From an uncultured Campylobacterales bacterium (lineage in GTDB: Bacteria > Campylobacterota_A > Desulfurellia > JAADFJ01): a stretch of 33,214 nt of DNA. A program made the translations under genes and the position numbers. How positions within the stretch are numbered: the first letter of the stretch is position 1; each line of letters begins with the position of its first letter. The notes under the pieces are model-generated. The model worked only from the letters and a program-made list of their open reading frames with translations, was not told the origin of the DNA and made no database searches. Positions 7,083-16,319 of the stretch are shown here, one piece after another. Location of the stretch: the NCBI GenBank assembly GCA_964487285.1, contig CAZAPZ010000001.1, positions 8,239 through 41,452 on the forward strand. The letters run 5' to 3'.

Positions 7083-9392
7083 ATGAAAAGTACAATCATT
7101 ACAAATATCCTGGGATATCCTGAGATTGGAGATAAACGGGAATTAAAGAAGGCTATCGAATCCTTTTGGCGCGGTGAGACGACCGAAGATGAATTAACAC
7201 TCGCTGCAGCTGACATTAAAAACAAGAATTGGAAATTGTTAAAGAATGAGGGCATAGACCTTATTCCAAGCAATGATTTTACATTATACGATCAGATGCT
7301 TGATATGAGCTGCCTGCTCGGTAATATTCCTGAGAGATTTGGAAAGCATGACAAGGTAGATCTTGACTTATATTTCAGAATGGCGCGAGGCAAGAGTGTT
7401 GCAGGCAACTCTGATATAAAGCCGTGTGAAATGACCAAATGGTTTAATACCAACTATCATTATATTGTTCCGGAACTGAGCGTTGATACAAATTTTAAAT
7501 TATCCTCCGATAAAATTTTTAATGAATTTAAGGAAGCTCTTGAAATCGACATACTTACAAAACCTGTTCTTATAGGCCCTATCACATATCTTATGCTTAG
7601 CAAAAACTATTCTGACGAAAAATTTGATAATTTGCAGCTTCTCGGTAAAGTTATTCCGGTTTATTTAGAAATTATCAAACGATTAGGCAAGCTGGGAGCT
7701 GAATGGATCCAGTTGGATGAACCTATCTTGTCAACCGATATATCATCTCCCGTACGCAACAAATTAGAATATACTTATAGCCTTTTTAATGACCGTTCAA
7801 AAGTTAAATTGATGGTAGCCGACTATTTTGGTAATTTAGAAGAAAATTTGTCAACTATCGCAAATTTGAATGTTAACGCCATTCATGTGGATGCTTCTGC
7901 GGATGAAATTTTAGATATAGCAAATATTATAAAAGGAAGCGGCAAGCTGCTTTCAATAGGCATAGTTAACGGGCAAAATATATGGGCAAACGACTTAGAG
8001 GCATCAAAAAAAGCATTATTAAAAATAGTCGACATTATGGGTAAACAAAATATCATGGTAGCGGCATCTTCTTCGCTAAAATATGTCCCTGTGAGCGTTG
8101 AATACGAAACCAATATGGATGACGAAATAAAAAGCTGGCTTTCGTTTGCAAAAGAGAAGGTAAAAGAGATATCCGTGTTGTCTAAAATAATTAGCGATAA
8201 CACCGATGATACCGCAGCTCGTTTGCTGAAGATAAATAGCGATGTTATCAGCTCTCGAAAAAATCACCTTCTATCAAATAACCCTGAGGTTAGAAAAAGA
8301 TGCGCTAATATTGCCGATAGCGACTTTAACAGGAAATCTCCATATACGGTTAGAGCTGCCAAGCAGCGTGCAATTTTAAATCTCCCAAAATTGCCAACCA
8401 CTACCATAGGCTCTTTTCCTCAAACAAAGGAGATTAGAAAAATCAGGTCTGATTTTAAAAAGGGAAATATAAATAAAGCTGACTATGATAATTTTATAGC
8501 AGAAGAGATAAAACGTGTTATTTCTTTTCAAGAAAAGATAAAAATTGATGTTCTTGTTCATGGTGAACCGGAACGCAATGATATGGTTGAATATTTTAGC
8601 GATATGCTGAATGGATTTATGTTTACGCAGAACGGATGGGTAAGAAGCTACGGCACCAGATGCGTTAAGCCGCCTGTTATTTACGGGGATGTTTCACGAA
8701 AGATTCCCATGACTGTCAAATGGACTACATTTGCACAATCGTTAACTAAAAAACCCGTTAAGGGAATGCTTACAGGTCCAATCACTATGATCCAATGGAG
8801 TTTTGTCCGTGACGATCAGCCGTTAAGCCAAACAGCTGTTCAAATTGCTCTATCAATTCGCGATGAAGTGCTTGACCTTCAAAAAGCGGGCATAAAAGTG
8901 ATTCAAATTGACGAACCTGCATTAAGAGAAGGGCTTCCGCTTCATAGGGATATGTGGAATGATTACTTAAAATGGGCAATAAACAGCTTTAAACTTGCGG
9001 CAAACGGTGTATCGGATGATACTCAGATTCACACGCATATGTGCTATAGTGAATTCAACGATATCATTAGATCTATTGCCGATATGGATACCGATGTGAT
9101 ATCCGTAGAAGCATCGCGATCAAACATGGAATTGCTGAATGCATTTGTCGATTTTGAATATCCCAACGAAATAGGCCCTGGAATATACGATATTCATTCG
9201 CCGAGAGTGCCCTCTGTCGAAGAGATTGTGTCATTGATTAAAAAAGCAATGAATGCGATATCACCGGACCGTTTATGGGTTAATCCTGACTGCGGCTTAA
9301 AAACAAGAGGCTGGAAAGAGACGACTGAAGCTTTATCTAATATGATAGAAGCTGCAAAAATTTGCAGGAACCTTCCGCAGATTGTGAAATAA
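7083..9392 (+). CDS. metE: Cobalamin-independent methionine synthase
   Basis: 769 aa; MTKWFNTNYHYIVPE, PTTTIGSFPQT, HGEPERNDMVEYF, Zn ligands HMCYSEF and NPDCGLKTR. Confidence 0.98.
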   Translation: MKSTIITNILGYPEIGDKRELKKAIESFWRGETTEDELTLAAADIKNKNWKLLKNEGIDLIPSNDFTLYDQMLDMSCLLGNIPERFGKHDKVDLDLYFRMARGKSVAGNSDIKPCEMTKWFNTNYHYIVPELSVDTNFKLSSDKIFNEFKEALEIDILTKPVLIGPITYLMLSKNYSDEKFDNLQLLGKVIPVYLEIIKRLGKLGAEWIQLDEPILSTDISSPVRNKLEYTYSLFNDRSKVKLMVADYFGNLEENLSTIANLNVNAIHVDASADEILDIANIIKGSGKLLSIGIVNGQNIWANDLEASKKALLKIVDIMGKQNIMVAASSSLKYVPVSVEYETNMDDEIKSWLSFAKEKVKEISVLSKIISDNTDDTAARLLKINSDVISSRKNHLLSNNPEVRKRCANIADSDFNRKSPYTVRAAKQRAILNLPKLPTTTIGSFPQTKEIRKIRSDFKKGNINKADYDNFIAEEIKRVISFQEKIKIDVLVHGEPERNDMVEYFSDMLNGFMFTQNGWVRSYGTRCVKPPVIYGDVSRKIPMTVKWTTFAQSLTKKPVKGMLTGPITMIQWSFVRDDQPLSQTAVQIALSIRDEVLDLQKAGIKVIQIDEPALREGLPLHRDMWNDYLKWAINSFKLAANGVSDDTQIHTHMCYSEFNDIIRSIADMDTDVISVEASRSNMELLNAFVDFEYPNEIGPGIYDIHSPRVPSVEEIVSLIKKAMNAISPDRLWVNPDCGLKTRGWKETTEALSNMIEAAKICRNLPQIVK

Positions 9393-9428
9393 AGAGAGTT
9401 AAAACTTAAATTAAATTATTTTTTTCTT

Positions 9429-9486
9429 CGTCATTAGCGAGCAAACCAATTCTTGCAATTGCGAGGTGAAATACGAAGTGATTTTG
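9429..9486. repeat. Degenerate GTCATTGCGAG-type REP-like relic
   Basis: CGTCATTAGCGAGC followed by AATTGCGAGG...CGAAGTGATT resembles, from memory, the GTCATTGCGAG..CGAAGCAATC intergenic repeat. Heavily degenerate. Confidence 0.3.
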
Positions 9487-9831
9487 GCAATATGTTTCCT
9501 CTGAAAAGATGAGACTTGATACTCCAAGCAAAAAGTAGCAGGAACTATCAAAGCGCTGTTGTTTATCTGGCTTGAGTGGTATGTTGCTGAAACGGTTGTT
9601 GGTGTTCTTAGTTTCCGAATATAGATATCAATTCACCGATGTTGCACACTTGCGTTGAAAATTATTAAAGATTAAGTTGAGCAATAGATGTTAAGTGAAG
9701 GAGAAAAAAGACTTAAGCGCGGTATAAAAGGGTGTACCTTACTTTTTTTGATTTCTGCGAACTCTATCATCATACAACGGTTCTGTAATAACGAAAAATA
9801 AATTTTCTTCAATTTTGTTTTAGGCACAGGC

Positions 9832-9905
9832 ATTTATCGGTTTAATTAACTTGTAATCTGTTAAAACCTCATTTGGTGTTTTTTCCATCCAAACCACAAT
9901 GTTTT
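9832..9905 (-). pseudogene. Possible C-terminal scrap of an IS3/IS481-type transposase
   Basis: With one frameshift it reads HCGLDGK-TPNEVLTDYKLIKPINACA*, like the H..L.G.TP.E tail of rve transposases. Confidence 0.4.
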
Positions 9906-9989
9906 AAATCATTATAGCAGCTAAATGGAAAAAGCAATTAGTGGAGAGAATGCCCGGTATATTCACAAAAGAGTCTGATTCTGAATGGA

Positions 9990-10251
9990 AACGGAACCCC
10001 AGAACTATTCAATAGTGGCCGGAGTCAGTTTACAAGCAGCAAATTCTTGAAACTGCTTGAAGATAAAGAGACCATAAAGATCAGTATGAATTCAAAAGGA
10101 AGAGCTTGACGATATCTATATAGAGAGGTTATGGAGGAGCCTGAAGTCTACTTTGACGGCCTTAGATTACAACAGGATTTTCATAAAGCATGTTAGAGGA
10201 TATCACCTTAAAAACAGTTTGGATATGGTCTTGACAATGGGGTGCAGTTTA
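9990..10251 (+). mobile_element. IS3-family remnant: integrase-core fragment plus right end
   Basis: NGTPELFNSGRSQFTSSKFLKLLEDKETIKISMNSKGRA, then after a frameshift LDDIYIERLWRSLK (cf. PEIFNSDQGSQFTS...ISMDGKGRALDNIFIERLWRSLK). TGGTCTTGACAATGGGGTGCAGTTTA at 10226-10251 resembles IS3-type right ends. Confidence 0.85.
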
Positions 10252-10428
10252 AATCACCACCTTAATCTTTCTTCACTTGAATATGAATTGTACAACCGGA
10301 AAATTAAATCATCATTGATGCGGGCTTACGACTTGTCTCTGCTTAGAATGATTGATTGAAAATTGGGTTGCTAACAACGGCGTGGAACTGACGCCCAAAC
10401 ACGTAGGGTTTGTTCTGCAGTGGTCTCG

Positions 10429-10860
10429 TTATTTTTTCCATAGTTTGTTTAATATTGCTACGATAGTTAGCGCAAGCAGTATTCTAGTTCCAAGCATAAT
10501 GAATCCGTTTGCACCTACAGCAACAAATATAAGTGTATCTTCAATGGCTGCGTGACAGATGGATAGAAATATTACGGTGAATATAATATCTCTATGACTC
10601 ATATTGCCTTCTATGCTGTTTTTAATCAAAACGCCCGATCCATAGACTATTCCGAGTAGAAGGCCTACGATCATACTTATTGACGCATTTTCTGAAATAC
10701 CAATTTTGTTTAAAGGTCTGCTTATTATCTGTTTTGTTTTACTATACATTTTGGAGTGTTCATATACTTCAAACACTATAGTTAAAAATATTATAATTGC
10801 AGTAATTTTGGCACTAAGATAAAATGCGCCTTCAACTGCAGGTGCAATGGCTAATGCCAT
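10429..10860 (-). CDS. Nucleoside recognition (Gate) domain membrane protein, second of a pair
   Basis: Hydrophobic; GLLLGIVYGSGVL and FLSICHAAIEDTLIF motifs. Confidence 0.8.
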   Translation of the reverse strand: MALAIAPAVEGAFYLSAKITAIIIFLTIVFEVYEHSKMYSKTKQIISRPLNKIGISENASISMIVGLLLGIVYGSGVLIKNSIEGNMSHRDIIFTVIFLSICHAAIEDTLIFVAVGANGFIMLGTRILLALTIVAILNKLWKK

Positions 10861-11315
10861 AATAAATTAAGAATTCCTCCTGCAGTAAAAGATACCAATA
10901 AACGGAAAGACGCAATTATATATCCCTTGAAACCCACACGGGATAAAATAGCGGTCTCTATAAAAAGATTGTGGGCTATACCGATCATCAATCCAAGTAT
11001 TGTAATTTGCTTGACAGTTAAACTTAAGGGTGCCGCCGCCGCTACGGCAGCATACAAATTTAAACTGAATCCAGTTATTAAAACCACAGAAGCATCTCCC
11101 GGCAATCCGAGAAATTTCATAAACGGAGTGAAGATGCTGCCTATTTTTTGTATGTATCCAAGCTGATTTAGTATGTCTATCATTATGTAAAGTGGGAATG
11201 TATAAACAATTATCTTCAAACTTATCTTGATGCCTTTTTTAAAACCGCTTTCAATCCGATTTAAAATATTTAATAAGCTTAACTTAAATTGATGTCTATA
11301 ATTCATGCCATTCAT
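10851..11315 (-). CDS. Nucleoside recognition (Gate) domain membrane protein, first of a pair (start uncertain)
   Basis: PFMKFLGLPG, NLYAAVAA and IAHNLFIETAI motifs; overlaps the start of the downstream gene. Confidence 0.8.
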   Translation of the reverse strand: MNGMNYRHQFKLSLLNILNRIESGFKKGIKISLKIIVYTFPLYIMIDILNQLGYIQKIGSIFTPFMKFLGLPGDASVVLITGFSLNLYAAVAAAAPLSLTVKQITILGLMIGIAHNLFIETAILSRVGFKGYIIASFRLLVSFTAGGILNLLWH

Positions 11316-11322
11316 ACTGTAC

Positions 11323-11349
11323 ATAATAATGATGTTCGGCAAATGTCAA
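11323..11349 (-). promoter_or_regulatory. Possible sigma70 promoter of the Gate pair
   Basis: TTGACA-N15-TATTAT, 7 nt before ATG 11315. Confidence 0.4.
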
Positions 11350-11664
11350 ATGCAAACATCGGATCTCGCAATATACAGGAAAAGCAGTATAAATAGAATA
11401 ACAAAAGTGTAGAGTTGCAATTTGCCAATAGTTGACATGAAAAAGAGAGAATTTAAAGCACAGCAAAATAGCAGAAGGAAATATAAATTTGAAAATTAGA
11501 CCAAAATCTGCAATAATGCATAAATGGAATCTATGATTTTTACATGCTTTACTTAAAAAAAGCCAAAGACACAAAGGGCAAAAGTTTAGGTATTAGATTT
11601 CAGCAGAGATTTAGCAACCTAAATTATGAAAAACTGAGGTGCAGCATTTGTTGTTAAACAGAGT

Positions 11665-14463
11665 ATGAAGAAGGCGGTATATTTTGCCGTAAGCCTTATC
11701 CTTTTTATAGTTGCAGTTGCAATCTCTTTTAATTATCTTATTTTTCAACCGATTCTACACAAACAAGCGCAGTCATTTTGTAAAAATATAACATTTGACG
11801 GCAGTTATAGAATAAACGGCAGCGGATTTACAATAATTGCCAATAATGTTGTATGTAGTCAAAAAGGAAGTTCGGTTAAGATTAAAAAAATATCGGTTTT
11901 ATATAAAACCGATACGATCGTTAACTGGCTTTTTGGATCATCGAAGCTCATAGGTTCGGTGCAATTATTCAATCCGGATATAAAACTTGATTTAAGTAAA
12001 CAGAAATCAGGATCAAACATAGCTGATATTAGTAAAAGGTTAGTTTTGTCTAAAATTATAGGCGGCAAAATGCAGCTTAAGATAGATAACCGGATATTTT
12101 ATCTGAATAATATTTCAGTTTTAAGTGATGATAGCATAGATGCGAAGGTTGAGTATAAAAACTACAGTGCAAATCTCATATATCTGAAAAAAAGTAATAA
12201 GATTGTTTTATCATTTAAAAATCTTGATTCCTCTATTTTGAAACAGCTTCTGATTCCAAGGGAAGTAAAATTAAGAAAATTATCAGGCACATTCAACTAT
12301 GACCTGATTAGCAATATTGGCGTACTGAAAGCTTCTGTCAGCAAGATTGCGGTTAATCCTTATTTTGATATCAATGATGCTGTAGTCAGGGTTATCGTAA
12401 ATCCGTTAAAACAAGAATATAATGGTAAAATATTTGTATGGAAAGGTTCGAATATGCTGACTGTTAATATCCATGTAAAAAGAAAGAAATTCAGGATTGC
12501 TATCAGAAATTATCTTGCAAATGCAACATTTTTAAGTGGTTCAAGCAAAAAACTTAAAGCTATTTTTGATAAATATAAAATAACAGGGAAAGTTAGGATA
12601 AAAAGAGCTGCGATTGAGGGTTGTGTAGATAATTTGAGGAAAGTATCGATAACAGCGGCAGGAACGGCATACGATGCGAACTTCAGAATAACTCCCGACA
12701 CACCTTTGCTTACTAAATCAAGCGGAAAGTTCGAGCTTGATAATAATAACTTAAATCTCACTAATCTCAAAGGAAATCTTGGCGGTTCTTTTGTGAATAA
12801 AGGAAATATTAAAATAAGCAGTCTATTCAGCAAACCATCGGCGGCAATTAATTTAAGTTTAAAACTCAAGCTTGATGATGCCGCAAGATGGATGACCACT
12901 AATCTTTTGCATGATAAGCATGCTCAATCTCTTTTGAAATATGCCGATGAAATAACCGGGCTGATGCATATATCAATAAGAAATTATCGTTTTCGTCCTA
13001 AACCGTTTTTCCCGTTTTTAATTAATATAAGAGATGTACATCTCAAAAATTACAACCGTAATCTAAAACTTAGTTCCGCTCTTGTTGTTATAGAAAGAAA
13101 AACCGATACAGTAACAATAAGCGCATCTGATATGAAATTTGATATGCCCGATCTTAAGGCTGTCTCATCTGTTTTTATTGAGATACCATCCAACAATCCC
13201 GAAAATAGTTCTACCACTTTAATCGGAAGTCTAAAGGCTGATTCTCTTAAGATGATATTACCGTCATTAGATTTACCATATTCAGGTAAATTTAAAATTA
13301 TTGTTAAAAAGAATATTTCAGTTCAATTTGACGGTTTGACTAAAAAGAAAATTTTTGGCATAGACAGTATTGCAGCGTTAAGAGGAAGCGTTTTAATTCC
13401 AAAAGATAAGATGAAATACAAAGGCAGACTGCGGATGAATATAAGTAACGACATATTCTCGTATAATGCAGAGGTCGGCATAAAAAATGAGAATATAAGC
13501 GTAGAGGGCAAGGGCAAAATAGGCATCGGTAATTTTTCAGCGAATGGATTTTATGAAATAAAAAATAAATATTGGCATATTAATTTGAAGAGCTCAAGCA
13601 TTATGCTTGATAAGCTGTTTTCATTGATTGGTAAACGAGATGACAACATAGAAAATTTTGGAGAAGGAACTATAAATATGAGCTTGGATAACACATATTA
13701 TAAAAAGCTTGTTTTTCCTTTTATTACTGCTAATATAATATTTGACAGAGAGTTTGCTACATCAAAAGATCTGACGGTTAGGTTTGTTAACGCATTTGCA
13801 AAAGGGAATCTGCTTTATAGCCTATCTAAAAAATATATCAAATGCGACTTTAGCTATAAGGGCATAGATGACGATCTCATAATGAATCAGATTGGACTTA
13901 ATGGTGAGCTAAGTGCTAAAAATTTAGATCTTGAAGGCAACTTTTTAATACCTGAAGATGGACCAGCTTCAGCATATGTCAAGTATAGTTCGGCAAATGG
14001 GAGAATTGAAAAATTTCCTTCTTTATCGAAGCTTTTGCATTACTTATCCGTTAAAAACATTCTAACATTAAATTTTACAAATATTGCAAGACAAGGATTA
14101 AAATTTAAGAAAGTTAGCGGATCTTTTACTCTTGAGAATGGAGTTTTGTTTACCAAAGACCCGCTTATTATAAAAGGTGATCTAAATATGATATTTATAG
14201 GAAAATATTATACCGATAAAGATATTATCGACGGCATACTTGGAATAAAAACATTCACACTTATAAATAAAATAATATCGCATGTGCCTATTGTAGGATG
14301 GATATTAACGGGAAAGGATAAAAACTTTTCAATACTCTCGTTTTCTGTAAAAGGTAAATTAAATAAACCTGAGATTTTACCTTTGCCGATACGAAGCATA
14401 GGAGGCGGATTGTTAAATATTATAAGAAGATCCCTAACGTTTCCATTTCAGCTGGGAAAATGA
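11665..14463 (+). CDS. AsmA-like / YhdP-family periplasm-spanning protein
   Basis: 932 aa, single N-terminal TM, beta-rich body, AsmA_2-type C-terminus (GLKFKKVSGSFTLENG...ISHVPIVGWILTG...FSVKGKLNKP). Confidence 0.85.
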   Translation: MKKAVYFAVSLILFIVAVAISFNYLIFQPILHKQAQSFCKNITFDGSYRINGSGFTIIANNVVCSQKGSSVKIKKISVLYKTDTIVNWLFGSSKLIGSVQLFNPDIKLDLSKQKSGSNIADISKRLVLSKIIGGKMQLKIDNRIFYLNNISVLSDDSIDAKVEYKNYSANLIYLKKSNKIVLSFKNLDSSILKQLLIPREVKLRKLSGTFNYDLISNIGVLKASVSKIAVNPYFDINDAVVRVIVNPLKQEYNGKIFVWKGSNMLTVNIHVKRKKFRIAIRNYLANATFLSGSSKKLKAIFDKYKITGKVRIKRAAIEGCVDNLRKVSITAAGTAYDANFRITPDTPLLTKSSGKFELDNNNLNLTNLKGNLGGSFVNKGNIKISSLFSKPSAAINLSLKLKLDDAARWMTTNLLHDKHAQSLLKYADEITGLMHISIRNYRFRPKPFFPFLINIRDVHLKNYNRNLKLSSALVVIERKTDTVTISASDMKFDMPDLKAVSSVFIEIPSNNPENSSTTLIGSLKADSLKMILPSLDLPYSGKFKIIVKKNISVQFDGLTKKKIFGIDSIAALRGSVLIPKDKMKYKGRLRMNISNDIFSYNAEVGIKNENISVEGKGKIGIGNFSANGFYEIKNKYWHINLKSSSIMLDKLFSLIGKRDDNIENFGEGTINMSLDNTYYKKLVFPFITANIIFDREFATSKDLTVRFVNAFAKGNLLYSLSKKYIKCDFSYKGIDDDLIMNQIGLNGELSAKNLDLEGNFLIPEDGPASAYVKYSSANGRIEKFPSLSKLLHYLSVKNILTLNFTNIARQGLKFKKVSGSFTLENGVLFTKDPLIIKGDLNMIFIGKYYTDKDIIDGILGIKTFTLINKIISHVPIVGWILTGKDKNFSILSFSVKGKLNKPEILPLPIRSIGGGLLNIIRRSLTFPFQLGK

Positions 14464-15779
14464 AAATATTAATTGTTGATGATGATCAGCAGATGAGAAA
14501 AGCTATGGATATAGCTATCAAAAGATTCGGTTATCAAACCGTTTTAGCATTAGATGGAAAAGATGCTTTGAGGCTGATAGATGAATCCATAGACGTTGTT
14601 ATTAGTGATATTAAAATGCCCGGTATGAATGGTGTAAATCTTTTGAAAGAGATAAAAAAGCTGTTTATAAGCCTGCCGGTAATACTTATAACGGCATACG
14701 GTACGGTTCAGCTTGCGGTTAAAGCTCTCAAATTAGGTGCATCGGACTTTATCTTAAAACCGTTTGACAATAAAATCTTGAAAGAAGCTATAGAAAGAGC
14801 ATCTCGTTTTGTAGGGCATGAAATAAATATCGCCGACGATAAGTTTATAGGCAGTGATGGCGATATTTTGAGGATTAAAGCTCTTTTGAAAAAGGTGGCC
14901 GATACCGATATTCCGATACTTTTGTCCGGTGAAAGCGGAACAGGAAAAGAGGTTGCAGCCCGCTATATTTACAATCTAATGAAAAATATTGGTGATGGCA
15001 ATAAAGATATACCGTTTGTTGCAATCAACTGTTCAGCTATTCCGGAGAATCTATTTGAAAGTGAGATGTTTGGCTATGAAAAAGGGGCATTTACCGATGC
15101 GGTTAGTAAAAGAATAGGAAAGTTTGAAGAGGCATCGGGCGGGATTTTGTTTGCAGATGAGATCACAGAGATGCCGTATAATCTTCAGGCTAAACTCTTA
15201 CGCGTTCTCCAGGAAAAGAAAATTGTGAGAATTGGCGGAAAAGAAGTTATACCGGTTAATTTTCGTTTTGTTTCATCTACAAATCGTAGTATAGAGGAAT
15301 CTATACTAAAAAATAAACTTAGAAAAGATCTCTTTTTTCGCATTAATGCTTTGACTGTGGAGCTGCCCCCACTTAAACACAGAGAAGGAGATATAGGCAA
15401 GTTGGCGAATCATTTTCTTCAAATATATAGGGCAAGGTTCAAGCGGCAGGTTTTATCAATTCAAGATGATGCCATGGAACTACTGATGAATTATGAATGG
15501 CCTGGAAATATAAGGGAGCTGGAGAATGTTATAGAAAGGGCGGTTGCACTTTCAAACGGCAAAATTTTAAATAGAAGCGACATTTTTCTTCATGGAACAT
15601 ATTTTAGTTCCGAATTAAAGAAAGAGGAAGAATTTTCCGTTATGCCCCTTGCCGATATGGAGAAGAAACTGATCTATAAAGCGTTGGAGAAAAGCAATGG
15701 GAACAAAACTAAAGCTGCTGATATGATAGGTGTAACACCGAGAACGCTGAGAAATAAGCTCAAAGAGTACGAAGATTAG
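14460..15779 (+). CDS. flgR: sigma54-dependent response regulator, FlgR/FlrC/FleR type
   Basis: REC domain (VDDD, ISDIKMP, KPF), Walker A GESGTGKE, GAFTDA loop, WPGNIRELEN, Fis-type HTH (NKTKAADMIGVTPRTLRNKL). Directly upstream of flgB. The symbol is inferred from context. Confidence 0.8.
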   Translation: MKILIVDDDQQMRKAMDIAIKRFGYQTVLALDGKDALRLIDESIDVVISDIKMPGMNGVNLLKEIKKLFISLPVILITAYGTVQLAVKALKLGASDFILKPFDNKILKEAIERASRFVGHEINIADDKFIGSDGDILRIKALLKKVADTDIPILLSGESGTGKEVAARYIYNLMKNIGDGNKDIPFVAINCSAIPENLFESEMFGYEKGAFTDAVSKRIGKFEEASGGILFADEITEMPYNLQAKLLRVLQEKKIVRIGGKEVIPVNFRFVSSTNRSIEESILKNKLRKDLFFRINALTVELPPLKHREGDIGKLANHFLQIYRARFKRQVLSIQDDAMELLMNYEWPGNIRELENVIERAVALSNGKILNRSDIFLHGTYFSSELKKEEEFSVMPLADMEKKLIYKALEKSNGNKTKAADMIGVTPRTLRNKLKEYED

Positions 15780-15891
15780 TGTTGATTTAAGCGAGAACGG
15801 ATTCCTGCTTTCTGCAATGAGTCAAGTGCAGAGAGCGCTGATGAATAAATGGTATAGTTTTTATATGTTTTTATTAATATTTGGTATATGG

Positions 15892-15906
15892 TGGAATAGT
15901 TATTGC
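15892..15906 (+). promoter_or_regulatory. sigma54 promoter of flgBC
   Basis: TGGAATAGTTATTGC has GG-N10-GC spacing, an AT-rich tract upstream and a GGAGG RBS downstream. Confidence 0.85.
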
Positions 15907-15935
15907 TTCATACTAATATAAGAAGGAGGCATGTT

Positions 15936-16310
15936 TTGCTAAATTATAAAATTGAAAACCTTATGGCAGACAGCATGAGAACAGAGATAACTAAAATGAA
16001 TATCATATCATCTAATATTGCCAATATGGATACACCTAATTATAAAGCCAGGAGACTTCAAACGGATAACAACAGTTTCAACGATATACTGCTTAAAGTA
16101 ACTTCACCGAGACATATACAACCATCTTTCACATCAAATAAAATAGTTCTAAGCAATGATATAGCAAGAAATGACGGCAATAATGTAAATATGGAAAAAG
16201 AAATGGTAAGTATTGCAAAAGTAAAAGTTAAATACGCTCAGATTTCTTCTATGCTACGATTTAAACTTAATTCCATTAACAATTTGCTCAATCAGGTATC
16301 TAGGGTATAA
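15936..16310 (+). CDS. flgB: Flagellar basal-body rod protein FlgB
   Basis: SSNIANMDTPNYKAR and RNDGNNVNMEKEM. TTG start chosen 6 nt after GGAGG; the track start at 15903 lies inside the promoter. Confidence 0.95.
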   Translation: MLNYKIENLMADSMRTEITKMNIISSNIANMDTPNYKARRLQTDNNSFNDILLKVTSPRHIQPSFTSNKIVLSNDIARNDGNNVNMEKEMVSIAKVKVKYAQISSMLRFKLNSINNLLNQVSRV

Positions 16311-16319
16311 GGTTGAGAA

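Noticed and set aside
10153-10555. Short ORFs 10153-10359 and 10352-10555 as intact genes
   Set aside because: The first spans an IS3 end and the second runs antisense into a real gene. At most the tail of the first is a relic.
11296-11574. 92-aa minus-strand ORF and other short antisense ORFs in the track
   Set aside because: No motifs or RBS; they overlap promoters or well-supported genes.
11560-11630. c-di-GMP-I riboswitch suggested by GGGCAAA
   Set aside because: It lacks the GNRA-capped P2 and the following GACGCAAA element in the right order.
15931-15942. ATG TTT TGC TAA mini-ORF overlapping the flgB start
   Set aside because: The ATG is only 1 nt from the SD, so initiation is unlikely; the TTG at 15936 has proper spacing.
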